Assembly (NCBI RefSeq): GCF_964213995.1
Contig: NW_027590140.1
Location: forward strand, 496,001-560,000
Reading direction: 5' to 3'
DNA: 64,000 nt
Source: Mustelus asterias
Taxonomy: Eukaryota
A program made the translations under genes and the position numbers. Each line of letters opens with the position of its first letter. Position 1 is the stretch's first letter. The notes beneath the pieces are model-generated. The model worked only from the letters and a program-made list of their open reading frames with translations. It was not told where the DNA came from and did no database searches. Below are positions 63,790-64,000 of this stretch, piece after piece.

Positions 63790-64000
63790 ATAGACGTTAC
63801 AGAGCAGAATTCGAGGAGGACTGGATTCATTGTTGGATTACACAGTGAAATGTTACAGAGCAGAATTCGAGGAGAACTGGATTCAGTGTTGAATTATACA
63901 GTGATATGTCACAGAACAGTGATCCAGGAGAACTGGATTAATCGTTGGATTACACTGGGATATGTTACAGATCAGGAATCCAGGAGAACTGAATTAATTG
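63790..64000. repeat. 56-bp tandem repeat running off the window end
   Basis: gttacagagcagaattcgaggagaactggatt.. units starting ~63795, 63851, 63907, 63962. Confidence 0.85.

Noticed and set aside
63790-64000. CRISPR-like periodicity
   Set aside because: Vertebrate DNA; whole units repeat without unique spacers

Overview
Eukaryotic genomic DNA, almost certainly from a cartilaginous fish (shark): it has cluster-type IgH organisation and elasmobranch HE1/V-SINE, CR1 and Penelope-like repeats. The left half holds one complete and apparently intact IgM heavy-chain cluster on the + strand: L-VH(23 RSS)-D1(12/22)-D2(12/12)-JH(23)-Cmu1-Cmu2-Cmu3-Cmu4+secretory tail-TM1-TM2, at 10931-32087. About 2.6 kb past its TM exons begins a series of T-cell receptor alpha/delta-type V segments (about 34.6, 38.4 (partial duplicate), 54.9, 57.0, 58.6/58.8 and, inverted, 62.7 kb), and each carries at least one lesion. 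Between them lie a GPCR pseudogene fragment, a tandem duplication, a hAT/Buster transposon and a decaying Glu/Gln/Val tRNA cluster. The most interesting signals are: (1) a whole IgM cluster physically joined to a TCR V array with compatible RSSs; (2) CTCF-type motifs conserved just downstream of V RSSs; (3) a G-rich tandem repeat upstream of Cmu1; (4) a chimeric V with a possible intronless leader; (5) an RSS in which exactly CAC is replaced by TGG; (6) atypical secretory and cytoplasmic tails. All calls were made by eye with no database search. Repeat boundaries are approximate, and 50698-51791 contains N gaps.
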